Positions 1-7,889 of a DNA stretch of 60,108 nt are shown piece after piece (the stretch's first letter is position 1; each line of letters starts with the position of its first letter). Under the pieces are notes generated by a model that saw only the letters and a program-made list of their open reading frames with translations, was not told the DNA's origin and made no database searches. Both the position numbers and the translations under genes were made by a program. This stretch comes from an uncultured Cellvibrionales bacterium (lineage in GTDB: Bacteria > Pseudomonadota > Gammaproteobacteria > Pseudomonadales > Cellvibrionaceae): positions 1 to 60,108 of the forward strand of contig CAWVSV010000001.1 of the NCBI GenBank assembly GCA_963933095.1, in the 5' to 3' direction.

Positions 1-200
1 GACCAATGAATATACACCGCTCCCTTATTCTGCCATCATTCAATTGGCTATATCCTGAGGGTCACGACAAGCCCTAACCCTCACCAATTTTCATTTAAAT
101 AACTGATACAGCTAAAATAAAGGTAATTAGATTACTGTGTATATAACACTTATCGGTTATTGACTTTAGTGCAACTGATACAATTTTATCGAGGATTATT

Positions 201-1043
201 ATGAATTTAAAAGCGTTTTTTATTACGGCTAGCCTGCTAACACTGATTGGCTGTGGAGATGGCCCCATGCAACAATATGAATCAGAAGATCAACCCACGG
301 TTAACAATCAAACATTAACTGGTGAGGTGACTTACCGCGAAAGAAAACTTTTACCTCCAGGCGTGACTTTGCATGTCACTCTTGAGGATGTGTCAAAGAT
401 GGATGTGGCCTCGGTGCTTATTGCTGAAACATCCTCTGTCATCACCGGGGCACCGCCTTATGCCTTCACGCTAGACTATGACAAGGCACTTATTAACAGC
501 AAAATACGCTACAGCTTAAGAGCTAAGTTATTGTTAAATGAGCAGCTTTTGTTCACCTCAACAGAGCAGTTAGATCCGTTCAAAACCGCTAGCGAAAACT
601 TAAATATAAATTTGACTATGGTGCAGCGCAGTCAACCTAAGGTTGACCATCATCCTGATAATGGCTTAGCCGTCGTGTCGGTGAATCCGTTGGCTGACCT
701 CGCAAATACGTATTGGAAGTTAACAAAAATTGGCGGCCAAGCGATAGTTATGTCTGAAAAGCAAAGTAAAGAGGCTTTTCTACAGTTGCAAGCTGATGGA
801 AAAACAAAAGGCTTTGGCGGTTGCAACATGTTTCATGGAAGCTATCAGCAAAAAGGCAATGATTTGATTTTTGGACCGAGTATGTCAACTAAAAAAGCTT
901 GTATGGATGGCATGGATACTGAAAGCAAATTTATGTCTGCATTAGGCCAGGTGCGCTATTACTCTATTCATAAAGAGATATTGTCTGTACTGAATGATAA
1001 GAAGCAGAAAATTGCCGAATTTAAAGCCATTTATTTTAATTAA
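201..1043 (+). CDS. Lipoprotein with a YbaY-like domain fused to a META (HslJ-like) domain
   Basis: 280-aa ORF. The signal peptide ends in lipobox LIGC. The N-terminal half resembles E. coli YbaY (GEVTYRERKLLPPGVTLHVTLEDVS). The C-terminal half shows the META/HslJ pattern (TYWKLTKIGGQ, GFGGCNMFHGSY, STKKAC). Confidence 0.7.
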   Translation: MNLKAFFITASLLTLIGCGDGPMQQYESEDQPTVNNQTLTGEVTYRERKLLPPGVTLHVTLEDVSKMDVASVLIAETSSVITGAPPYAFTLDYDKALINSKIRYSLRAKLLLNEQLLFTSTEQLDPFKTASENLNINLTMVQRSQPKVDHHPDNGLAVVSVNPLADLANTYWKLTKIGGQAIVMSEKQSKEAFLQLQADGKTKGFGGCNMFHGSYQQKGNDLIFGPSMSTKKACMDGMDTESKFMSALGQVRYYSIHKEILSVLNDKKQKIAEFKAIYFN

Positions 1044-1074
1044 ACACTGCTATTTATCTACTGACAGGTTTTCT

Positions 1075-3030
1075 ATGAAAAAATTATATACAGCAAGAAT
1101 AGTATTATTAGCGGCTATCGCTAATTTAATCGGTTGTGATATGCCGGAACAAGCCGTGGCTGTTAAACCAGCCGCTGTTTTACAAGCTGAGATAGCAGAT
1201 ACTATTTATTACAACGGTAAAGTAGTTACTGTTAATGATAAACAGCCTAAGGCTACAGTTGTAGCCGTTAAGGACGGAAAAATATTATATGTAGGCGATA
1301 TTCGAGGCAGTAAGCCATTAACCGCGGCAACTACACGGCAGGTTGATTTAGGCGGTAAAACTATGGTGCCAGGCTTTGTTGATGCGCATGGACACGTGGT
1401 TAATGCTGGTGTTCAAGCGGCAAGTGCCAATTTATTACCTATGCCGGATGGCAATGTAAATAACTTTAAAGAATTGGTCGATGCTATTTCAATCTGGAAA
1501 GAATCAGAGGGCGGTAAAACGTTTATTGATAATACGGGTTGGCTAGTGGGTTTTGGTTTTGACGATTCCCAATTATCTGAACAAATATTTCCAACAGCTG
1601 AGACGTTGAACGCAATCAGTGATGATAAACCTGTGATGATTATTCACCAGTCAGGTCATTTTGGCGTTTTTAACCAACAAGCTCTTAATAAAGCAGGGAT
1701 TGATGATTGTACTAAAAAGATTCCCGGTGGAGTTATTCGTTGTAAAGCCGATGGTGTTACCCCTAGTGGTGTATTAGAAGAGAATGCATTCTTTTCTGCC
1801 TTGGCTACTTTTGAGGCTAATGTCGATGATGCTTATAACCTTGATTTATTTGGTATGGGTATGCAAAGCTTTGCTCGATTTGGTTATACCACTGCACAGG
1901 AAGGTCGGGCTTTTGCGCCAACCTTAGCCGTTGCAGAAGAAAAAGCTAAGGGTATGAAGTTACCTATTGATGTGGCGCTTTACGTTGACTACACCTCAAA
2001 AGATGCATTAAAAACTTCTGAATATTATAGCGGTTCTGGTTATGACGGCATTACCTACACAAACGGTTTGCGTATTGCTGGTTTAAAAATGACACTAGAT
2101 GGATCACCACAAGGGAAAACCGCGTGGTTGTCTAAGCCTTACTTCGTGCCACCAGAAGGGCAAGATGCCAGTTATTTAGGTTACCCTGCGATGACTCAAG
2201 AGCAGGTTGAAACCGAAATAATGGATGCTTATGCACAGAACAGGCAAGTACTTGCTCATTGTAATGGTGATGCGGCTATTGACCGTTACTTAAATGCTGT
2301 TGAAAAAGCAGTTGAAAAGCACGGACTTAAAGATAGACGTATAGTGCTCATTCATGGCCAAACTTTGCGTAAAGATCAGATTAGCCGACTAAAAGAATTA
2401 CAGGTTATTCCGTCGTTATTTCCAATGCATACGTTTTATTGGGGCGAGTGGCACAAAACCTCTGTGTTAGGGCCTGAGCGCGCTGCTTATATCTCGCCAA
2501 CACGCGACGTATTAGATGCGGGCTTAATTTTTACTTCTCATCATGATGCTCCTGTTGCACTACCTGATTCAATGCGGGTTTTATCTTCAACGGTGACGCG
2601 AGTTACTCGTAGCGGTGAGGTATTAGGTCCGGACCAACGTGTCACTGCTTATGAGGGCTTAAAAGCTATTACGATTTGGCCTGCTTATCAGCATTATGAA
2701 GAAAAACAAAAAGGCTCGATTGAGGTCGGTAAGCAAGCTGACTTTGTTATATTGTCTGAGAATCCATTAACCGTAGATCCGCTAACTATTGCTGACATTA
2801 AAGTGCTGCAAACCATTAATGATGACAAAGTGGTTTTTACCTACAAAGAAGCAATTCCTAAAGTTGTCGGTGGTGATCGTGATGAGCATGGCTGCATTGG
2901 TTCAGCCGGTTATCAGTGGTGCGAAAGTATTGGGCAATGCGTTCGGCCTTGGGAGTTAGCAAAAGAACAAAACCTTAGTGATGTCTCGACAGGCAGTGTG
3001 GCTGCTTTTTGTGAAGCTAAAGCGCTCTAA
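1075..3030 (+). CDS. Amidohydrolase-family (YtcJ-like) metal-dependent hydrolase, lipoprotein, with a Cys-rich C-terminal tail
   Basis: The ORF track starts at 994, but those codons overlap the upstream gene. The ATG at 1075 gives MKKLYTARIVLLAAIANLIGC, which carries a lipobox. Amidohydrolase motifs are present: VDAHGHV, HCNGDAAID, SHHDAP. The protein is 651 aa from 1075. Confidence 0.8.
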   Translation: MKKLYTARIVLLAAIANLIGCDMPEQAVAVKPAAVLQAEIADTIYYNGKVVTVNDKQPKATVVAVKDGKILYVGDIRGSKPLTAATTRQVDLGGKTMVPGFVDAHGHVVNAGVQAASANLLPMPDGNVNNFKELVDAISIWKESEGGKTFIDNTGWLVGFGFDDSQLSEQIFPTAETLNAISDDKPVMIIHQSGHFGVFNQQALNKAGIDDCTKKIPGGVIRCKADGVTPSGVLEENAFFSALATFEANVDDAYNLDLFGMGMQSFARFGYTTAQEGRAFAPTLAVAEEKAKGMKLPIDVALYVDYTSKDALKTSEYYSGSGYDGITYTNGLRIAGLKMTLDGSPQGKTAWLSKPYFVPPEGQDASYLGYPAMTQEQVETEIMDAYAQNRQVLAHCNGDAAIDRYLNAVEKAVEKHGLKDRRIVLIHGQTLRKDQISRLKELQVIPSLFPMHTFYWGEWHKTSVLGPERAAYISPTRDVLDAGLIFTSHHDAPVALPDSMRVLSSTVTRVTRSGEVLGPDQRVTAYEGLKAITIWPAYQHYEEKQKGSIEVGKQADFVILSENPLTVDPLTIADIKVLQTINDDKVVFTYKEAIPKVVGGDRDEHGCIGSAGYQWCESIGQCVRPWELAKEQNLSDVSTGSVAAFCEAKAL

Positions 3031-3495
3031 GAGAGATACAGCTTTAAGATACAAGCGTTAGCGGCAGAAAAATTTAATAAAACATGTTTCATGTTGTCGC
3101 TTGCGCCTATTAATTTTATCCGGTTTGTGTGCTGTTACCCTTAAAGTAATACAGCGGGCTGTTTAAATGTTGGCAATACCTTTGCGAACACCTCTGCCGA
3201 TTCCTTCTGTTATTACTTTTCTTTTAACTCTAATCACAGTATCAAAGTGAGCGGAACCCAACGAGATAAGGTGCGATATGTCGGTCACTATTGTGTCGAT
3301 CTATCAAGGCACTGAAAGCGCTTAAGCGCTAACGCGGGATGTATTTGGGGATCTGTTAAAACACGCTATTATTATGTTTCATGCTAGGCCTTGGCGGTGT
3401 AAATAGCTGCCTCAATAACCGCCATTTTTCCTAAAGCCACTGAGGCATAGTCCTTCAGCCCGGTATCGAATTATTAACCGGTCGGTAGTGATTTA

Positions 3496-3538
3496 AATCC
3501 TATAAATTCAAATGGATGTTATTTGTATTTATAGGATT
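3496..3538 (-). terminator. 12-bp perfect hairpin spanning the stop codon of the 131-aa gene (possible terminator)
   Basis: aatcctataaat (3496-3507) is the exact reverse complement of atttataggatt (3527-3538). The 19-nt loop contains the TAA at 3519-3521. On the minus strand the hairpin is followed by TTTAAAT. Confidence 0.45.
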
Positions 3539-3914
3539 GTCGAATATCTTGCACGGGAAGTTGGTGTTGACGGCAAAACTCTAATAGCTGCTGATAAGAT
3601 GTTTCAGCACTTTGACGTGCAGCGCGTCGCAGCTCTACGCAACAGCTACGGTTGTGCGCCAGTGATAATATGTATTGGTGGGCCGTCTTAAGGTGTAGGC
3701 AGGCTTCATATGTTTGGTTGCTGTTTTGATAAAAGTCAGCTAAATTTCGATGGCTGCTAATAAAAGCCGCGACCGCGTCTTGCCTGTCTCTGCAATAGAC
3801 GAGCTGCCTTTCGGCCACCTCAAGTGCTTTGCAATAAAGCCGCTCGGCAGCACGCCACTGGCCACTGAAGTAGAGCTCGTTGGCGCGGCTAATTAATTGT
3901 TTCCATTCGTTCAT
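3519..3914 (-). CDS. Hypothetical small helical (TPR-like) protein with 6 Cys
   Basis: 131-aa ORF. A strong SD (GGGGAG) lies 5 nt upstream of the ATG at 3914. I recognise no family. The sequence looks helical and has six cysteines, including a CC pair. Confidence 0.5.
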   Translation of the reverse strand: MNEWKQLISRANELYFSGQWRAAERLYCKALEVAERQLVYCRDRQDAVAAFISSHRNLADFYQNSNQTYEACLHLKTAHQYILSLAHNRSCCVELRRAARQSAETSYQQLLEFCRQHQLPVQDIRQSYKYK

Positions 3915-3951
3915 ATTACTCCCCTTTTTTTTATAGCATAATCACGATTCT

Positions 3952-3980
3952 TATTTAATGCAAATGATTCTCACTATCAA
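3952..3980 (-). promoter_or_regulatory. Sigma70-like promoter with an overlapping Fur-box-like operator for the 131-aa gene
   Basis: The minus strand reads TTGATA (3980-3975), a 17-nt spacer, then TAAATA (3957-3952). The spacer region GATAGTGAGAATCATTTGC (3978-3960) matches the Fur consensus GATAATGATAATCATTATC at 15 of 19 positions. More AT-rich Fur-like hexamers flank it (3936-3958 and 3996-4012). Confidence 0.4.
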
Positions 3981-4461
3981 TTTTTGGGTGATTATAAATC
4001 ATATAGTTGACTTGCGTGTCGGCGGTAGTGCTGAACTATTAAAATACACTGCGACCAAAATTATAAGCTGGCACTGGCAAGTATTTTTGTATGCCTATAA
4101 ACCTACAGCTTTGGGCCTCAACCGAGTGACACCCATGCAGGGGTAAAATGATACTGAGGCTTTACCCTGACACTATGGGTAATGGTCTTAATACAGAGGA
4201 AGGTTAAGATGATACATAGAGACTAAGCATAGAGCTTTAATTGTTAAATATTAAATATGCCGATATTGATGCTAAATAAATAGTTACTTCGATTCTATAG
4301 GGCTTTTTTACGAATCTAGTAATTAATAAGTCGAGGAGAAAGCAGTCTGCATCGGTAAGGTATAGATGTGACAAGAGGCAGAGTGAGGTTTATACCCATA
4401 AATGAGTTGTTAGCATGCTACTTTATAGGCTAATACGTTGTGATTTGAACTGTGCACACAT

Positions 4462-4490
4462 AAAAAAACCGGGCAATGCCCGGTTTTTTT
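4462..4490. terminator. Bidirectional rho-independent terminator downstream of the sortase-substrate operon
   Basis: A7, then ACCGGGC-aat-GCCCGGT (perfect 7-bp stem, 3-nt loop), then T7. It lies 16 nt past the stop at 4506. Confidence 0.85.
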
Positions 4491-4505
4491 ATGTGTGCGT
4501 ATGTC

Positions 4506-5030
4506 TTATGTGCGTTTGCGCATACGGCGAGCAACACCTGCAAAGCCCAGAAGGCCCATGCCTATCAGAGCCATCCAATGCATGCTGCTGGCTGTTTCTG
4601 GCAGCATTGCTTGGTCGCTTGGGTCGGCCAAAACTTCAAAGCGGTCGTGCGGAAGATATACCGAGATATCTGTATTGGGACGAATGTCAGCAAAGTTAAC
4701 ACGCTTTCCATCAACCCAAGCACCGATCTTTGCACTTTTCTTAACATGATGAGTAGGACCGTAGCTGCCGTCGTTTAGTTTGATCTGAGTGCGGTAACGA
4801 CCACTGATTTTGCTGTCGCGAAGTTTCGCATCAACGCGGGTAAACAGCTCGCCATTATATTCAACGACTTCAACACAAGCATCGTTAATTTCAGGGAATT
4901 TTTCAGTAATACTGCTGTTGTAATTTACATCAGCGCAGCTTACAGAAGAGCTAGTAATCTGGGCCGAAGCTGAAGATGCAGCAGCAATAATGCCCGCGGC
5001 GATTAGTGTTTTCATTGTGTTGTTAATCAT
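4506..5030 (-). CDS. Small secreted protein with a C-terminal sortase-type sorting signal (LPETAS + hydrophobic helix + RRMRKRT)
   Basis: 174 aa. SD AAGGA lies 7 nt upstream of the ATG at 5030. The signal peptide is MINNTMKTLIAAGIIAAASSASA. The C-terminus is LPETASSMHWMALIGMGLLGFAGVARRMRKRT (nt 4509-4604). The gene starts 31 nt downstream of the sortase gene. I recognise no family for the roughly 120-aa mature domain. Confidence 0.75.
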   Translation of the reverse strand: MINNTMKTLIAAGIIAAASSASAQITSSSVSCADVNYNSSITEKFPEINDACVEVVEYNGELFTRVDAKLRDSKISGRYRTQIKLNDGSYGPTHHVKKSAKIGAWVDGKRVNFADIRPNTDISVYLPHDRFEVLADPSDQAMLPETASSMHWMALIGMGLLGFAGVARRMRKRT

Positions 5031-5061
5031 AATATCATCCTTAAATCATATGGGGGGTAGT

Positions 5062-5796
5062 TCAACTTTTATCCGTTAGCCGTACCGCCTCAACGATGAA
5101 TCGCTGCGGAGCACTGCCGACAAAATAAAATGGGTAACAAGTCACCAGTACCAGAGTGTGATCATCTCCGCGGAGTATCGCTACATCTGCTGGGGTGACT
5201 ATATGTGTTTTGTTAATTTGGTAGCGGCGGGTCTCAGTCAAGCTTTCTAACTCGATTATATCGCCAATTTTTATGTCTTTAAGCGGTCTAAACCAGCCGT
5301 CTCTGTGACCGGCTATACCGATTCGACCGTTACCGCTGACTGAATCTGTTGACAGAATTCGCGCGGCGCCACGATTAAGATTGTGTTTGTCTGCGCCATC
5401 AAACACCGCTACATCTAAATTGACGCTAGGTATTTTTAGCAAGGCAACAGCACTGTCGCCACCTTTATTGACAGCATTCTTATGGTGGCCGACAAATGCA
5501 CTGGACCAGAGCGACTTGTCGGTTTGTTCAGCTTCAACCTCAAAAGTATTTAGACTTGTGTTAACAAAGCCAGCATCTATTGTGGCATCGATATCGCTCG
5601 CAGTTAGAATAACTTTATTTGCAGCGCTGGGTTGAGCTGTTTTTAGTGCTTGTTTGGCTTGCATAAAATCATCATTTGCCTGACTTTGAGCAAGGCTATT
5701 TTGGCCCATTAATAGGAGATAGGCGGCTAGGATAGAAACCCCTAACAACCAGAAGGCATACTCCATTTTTTTTAGTAACCAATGACTGTCTGGCAC
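5062..5796 (-). CDS. Sortase-family cysteine transpeptidase (membrane anchored)
   Basis: 244 aa with an N-terminal TM helix (YAFWLLGVSILAAYLLLM). The catalytic His context is IGIAGHRDGWF. The catalytic Cys motif is TLVLVTCYPF, followed by a conserved Arg (QRFIV). The start is GTG at 5796 with AAGG upstream; an alternative ATG lies at 5766. Confidence 0.85.
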   Translation of the reverse strand: MPDSHWLLKKMEYAFWLLGVSILAAYLLLMGQNSLAQSQANDDFMQAKQALKTAQPSAANKVILTASDIDATIDAGFVNTSLNTFEVEAEQTDKSLWSSAFVGHHKNAVNKGGDSAVALLKIPSVNLDVAVFDGADKHNLNRGAARILSTDSVSGNGRIGIAGHRDGWFRPLKDIKIGDIIELESLTETRRYQINKTHIVTPADVAILRGDDHTLVLVTCYPFYFVGSAPQRFIVEAVRLTDKS

Positions 5797-5929
5797 GTAT
5801 TAAAACCTTAATATAAAGTACATAAGTTATGTTTTAAACTATAGATAGCTTGCCATTAAAGTGCAAGGTTGAGCTGCTTTAAAGTTAGTAAAAATTTATC
5901 GATTAAATCTCGTCAATAGAGAGTTGATT

Positions 5930-5965
5930 GGTCTAATGTTGAAAGTGGTTTTTCAACATTAGACC
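5930..5965. repeat. Perfect 15-bp inverted repeat (hairpin or operator candidate) upstream of the sortase operon
   Basis: GGTCTAATGTTGAAA (5930-5944), gtggtt, TTTCAACATTAGACC (5951-5965). There is no flanking T-run on either strand. It lies 134 bp upstream of the sortase start. Confidence 0.6.
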
Positions 5966-6194
5966 CTCAGTAATACTTGAGATAATTTTGTTAAGTATTC
6001 GGCTGAGGACTAAGTGAGTAACGATAACAATTGATTGCTAATGAAAAGAATTAATGCTGCCAATTTTGATCGTTATTTACCGATGGCTTAAGCAAGTAGC
6101 TTGCGGCATTAATTATGATATAGAAGTTTTTGAGAAATACTAAGTCTGGAAAAATCTTTATAATATAGAATATGGGGGAGTTAGAAGTCACTCC

Positions 6195-6235
6195 AAAAAA
6201 AGCGCTCATAATTAATATTGAGAGCGCTTTTTTTC
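6195..6235. terminator. Bidirectional rho-independent terminator in the intergenic region
   Basis: A7, AGCGCTC, a 14-nt loop, GAGCGCT, T7. It lies 177 nt downstream of the minus-strand OMP gene stop (6412). No annotated plus-strand gene lies upstream. Confidence 0.7.
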
Positions 6236-6411
6236 ATCAACTAAAGCTTATCGCTGGTAAATGACTTTACCTCTTGGATGCAATAAAATTGGAAAATATT
6301 ATTGCATTCGCTAGTGCATCATCAAATTAGTAGGCTGATAATATGAAGGACACGTTAAGTGACTCGGCAGCTTAAGTGAAGTCGGCATGGTAGTTCATGG
6401 TGGTATTGTAG

Positions 6412-7197
6412 CTATGATTTCGGCAGCATAGCCGTAATAGAAAAACGACCACCCCAGCCCTCGGCACCAGCATCCGGTGCGTCAGCCCAGTAACGTGCAC
6501 CTACAGCAAAACTGACCGGTAATTTACCTATGCGTACAACTTTAGATAGGACTCCATTAATAGGCACACTCCACTCTTCGCTTTCCCAGTCATAAGTACT
6601 TTCGGTTTGCAGAGTGTAGGTCCAGCCACGATTAGTATAGGACACAAAGGGTTGAATAAAGCTGGCATTGATATCGGCCCTGTCATGCTCACCGGCATAA
6701 TCCCAAAGGTGATTGGCGAGCATGCCATAAGTCCATGCATCATCCATTTTTAAAAGCACGGCTGTTGGGCCTGCGGCCCATTTCCCTGTGCCCAAAAGTT
6801 CATTGCTGGCGGTGGGGAATAGTAACGCTGGGCCAGCACCCCATATCCAGCCGTTTGAGGTAGGATCTTTGGGAGAGATGAATATGCTTTGTACGATATC
6901 GCCAGTGCCCGATTGAGAACCGCTGTTGCCGGCAATATTATGCTGTTCTATTAATGGTAAAATAGTACGGGAAATTAAATTCCACTCATCATTGATTTCA
7001 AGTGGGATAACAGGTTGTATATTAACTGCGAGTCGGTGGCCGTCTTTACTGCCAAAACCTGAGTCGTAATTGATTTGAACCGGCATGCTGATCAAATCAG
7101 CTAGCGGGTTGGTTAGCTGTTTGGCTAAGTCGTCTACATCAGAGTAAGCGCTAGTGCTTATTGTGATCAGTAACGTGGTCGCAAGTATATTTTTCAT
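6412..7197 (-). CDS. Outer-membrane beta-barrel protein (MetA-pathway/phenol-degradation-like OMP family)
   Basis: 261 aa. The signal peptide is MKNILATTLLITISTSAYS. The N-terminal plug-like motif LTNPLADLISMPVQINYDSGFG and NIQPVIP are typical of this family as I recall it. Alternating aromatic/hydrophilic strands run to the C-terminus. SD AAGGA precedes the ATG. Confidence 0.55.
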   Translation of the reverse strand: MKNILATTLLITISTSAYSDVDDLAKQLTNPLADLISMPVQINYDSGFGSKDGHRLAVNIQPVIPLEINDEWNLISRTILPLIEQHNIAGNSGSQSGTGDIVQSIFISPKDPTSNGWIWGAGPALLFPTASNELLGTGKWAAGPTAVLLKMDDAWTYGMLANHLWDYAGEHDRADINASFIQPFVSYTNRGWTYTLQTESTYDWESEEWSVPINGVLSKVVRIGKLPVSFAVGARYWADAPDAGAEGWGGRFSITAMLPKS

Positions 7198-7317
7198 TAT
7201 TATATCCTTATAACAATAGTCAGTTAATCGCTCGGCGCTCGGCCTTGCCGGCTTAGTGCTAGAACAATAAATGTGTATCTGTAACCGTTGGGTTATTTAG
7301 ATATTTTCATAAGGCGT

Positions 7318-7872
7318 TTACTTATATCCACCATCAAAACTAGCGGCGGTTAATCCGAGCTGCACTTGTGCCCTATTTATCAGTGGTTGAGGCAGTGCAA
7401 GTAACCCTCGATGAGCCAATTGCTGCTGACTTTGTTCAGAGTATAGGTATTGCAGCAGCGATAGCAAATTGTCGTTATTGTTGTTATCGCTAAAGTTGGT
7501 GTAGAGATACCAAGGGTGAATTATGGTCATTTCGCCGCTACTAATTTTTTTGAAGTTATTGCCAGCACTGTTTTCTGCACTAAATATTGTCATCAATAGT
7601 TTTTCGCCATAGCGCTGGGTCAGCTCGGCAATATTTTCATCGTTCCATTTATCTCGACTTATTGCCACCAGTGCATCGCCATTTAACAAGGCTTGTTGCG
7701 GGTTGCTTACACTAAGTAGCGACAACTTCTCAAAGTCTTGCAGTGTATTTGCCACATCTGCACTGACAGCAATAGATAGATCGGGAACATTGGCCGAGTA
7801 TTCTCGAAGTTGATTACTGCTGCAGGAGCAGATTAAGGTTAAACAGGATAATGCCAATAAGATAGTTTTCAT
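7318..7872 (-). CDS. Lipoprotein resembling half of a PstS/PBP-like-2 substrate-binding domain (last gene of the T1SS operon)
   Basis: The ORF track starts at 7935, overlapping the OmpA-like gene. The ATG at 7872 gives MKTILLALSCLTLICSC, which carries a lipobox, for 184 aa. The C-terminal part (IIHPWYLYTNF...LLQYLYSEQSQQQLAHRGLLALP) resembles the C-terminal lobe of phosphate-binding proteins. Confidence 0.5.
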   Translation of the reverse strand: MKTILLALSCLTLICSCSSNQLREYSANVPDLSIAVSADVANTLQDFEKLSLLSVSNPQQALLNGDALVAISRDKWNDENIAELTQRYGEKLLMTIFSAENSAGNNFKKISSGEMTIIHPWYLYTNFSDNNNNDNLLSLLQYLYSEQSQQQLAHRGLLALPQPLINRAQVQLGLTAASFDGGYK

Positions 7873-7889
7873 AGAATTCTCAGTTTGGT

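Noticed and set aside
994-1074. The N-terminal extension of the amidohydrolase ORF, and similar long-ORF starts (24393 for ribD, 52415 for priA, 7935 for the PstS-like gene, 57366 for pilN)
   Set aside because: Each extension overlaps the preceding gene or uses TTG/GTG without an SD. Internal ATGs give canonical N-termini or lipoprotein signals.
3958-4490. A Fur-regulated RyhB/PrrF-like sRNA on the plus strand between the Fur-like box and the terminator at 4462-4490, and the 62-aa ORF at 3958-4146
   Set aside because: The distance from box to terminator is ~500 nt, far longer than known Fur-regulated sRNAs. I found no plus-strand promoter hexamers in register with the box. The terminator is adequately explained by the minus-strand operon. 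The 62-aa ORF has no SD and an implausible composition.
4509-4604. Reading the C-terminal tail of the 174-aa protein as a PEP-CTERM / exosortase signal
   Set aside because: The G/L-rich helix plus Arg cluster does resemble PEP-CTERM. However, the motif is LPETAS rather than PEP. The gene immediately upstream is a canonical sortase, and no exosortase is seen in the window.
4415-4778. Three overlapping plus-strand ORFs (4415-4699, 4476-4778, 4495-4749)
   Set aside because: They are antisense to the sortase-substrate gene and run through its terminator. The minus-strand ORF has an SD, a signal peptide and a sorting signal, so it is the real gene.
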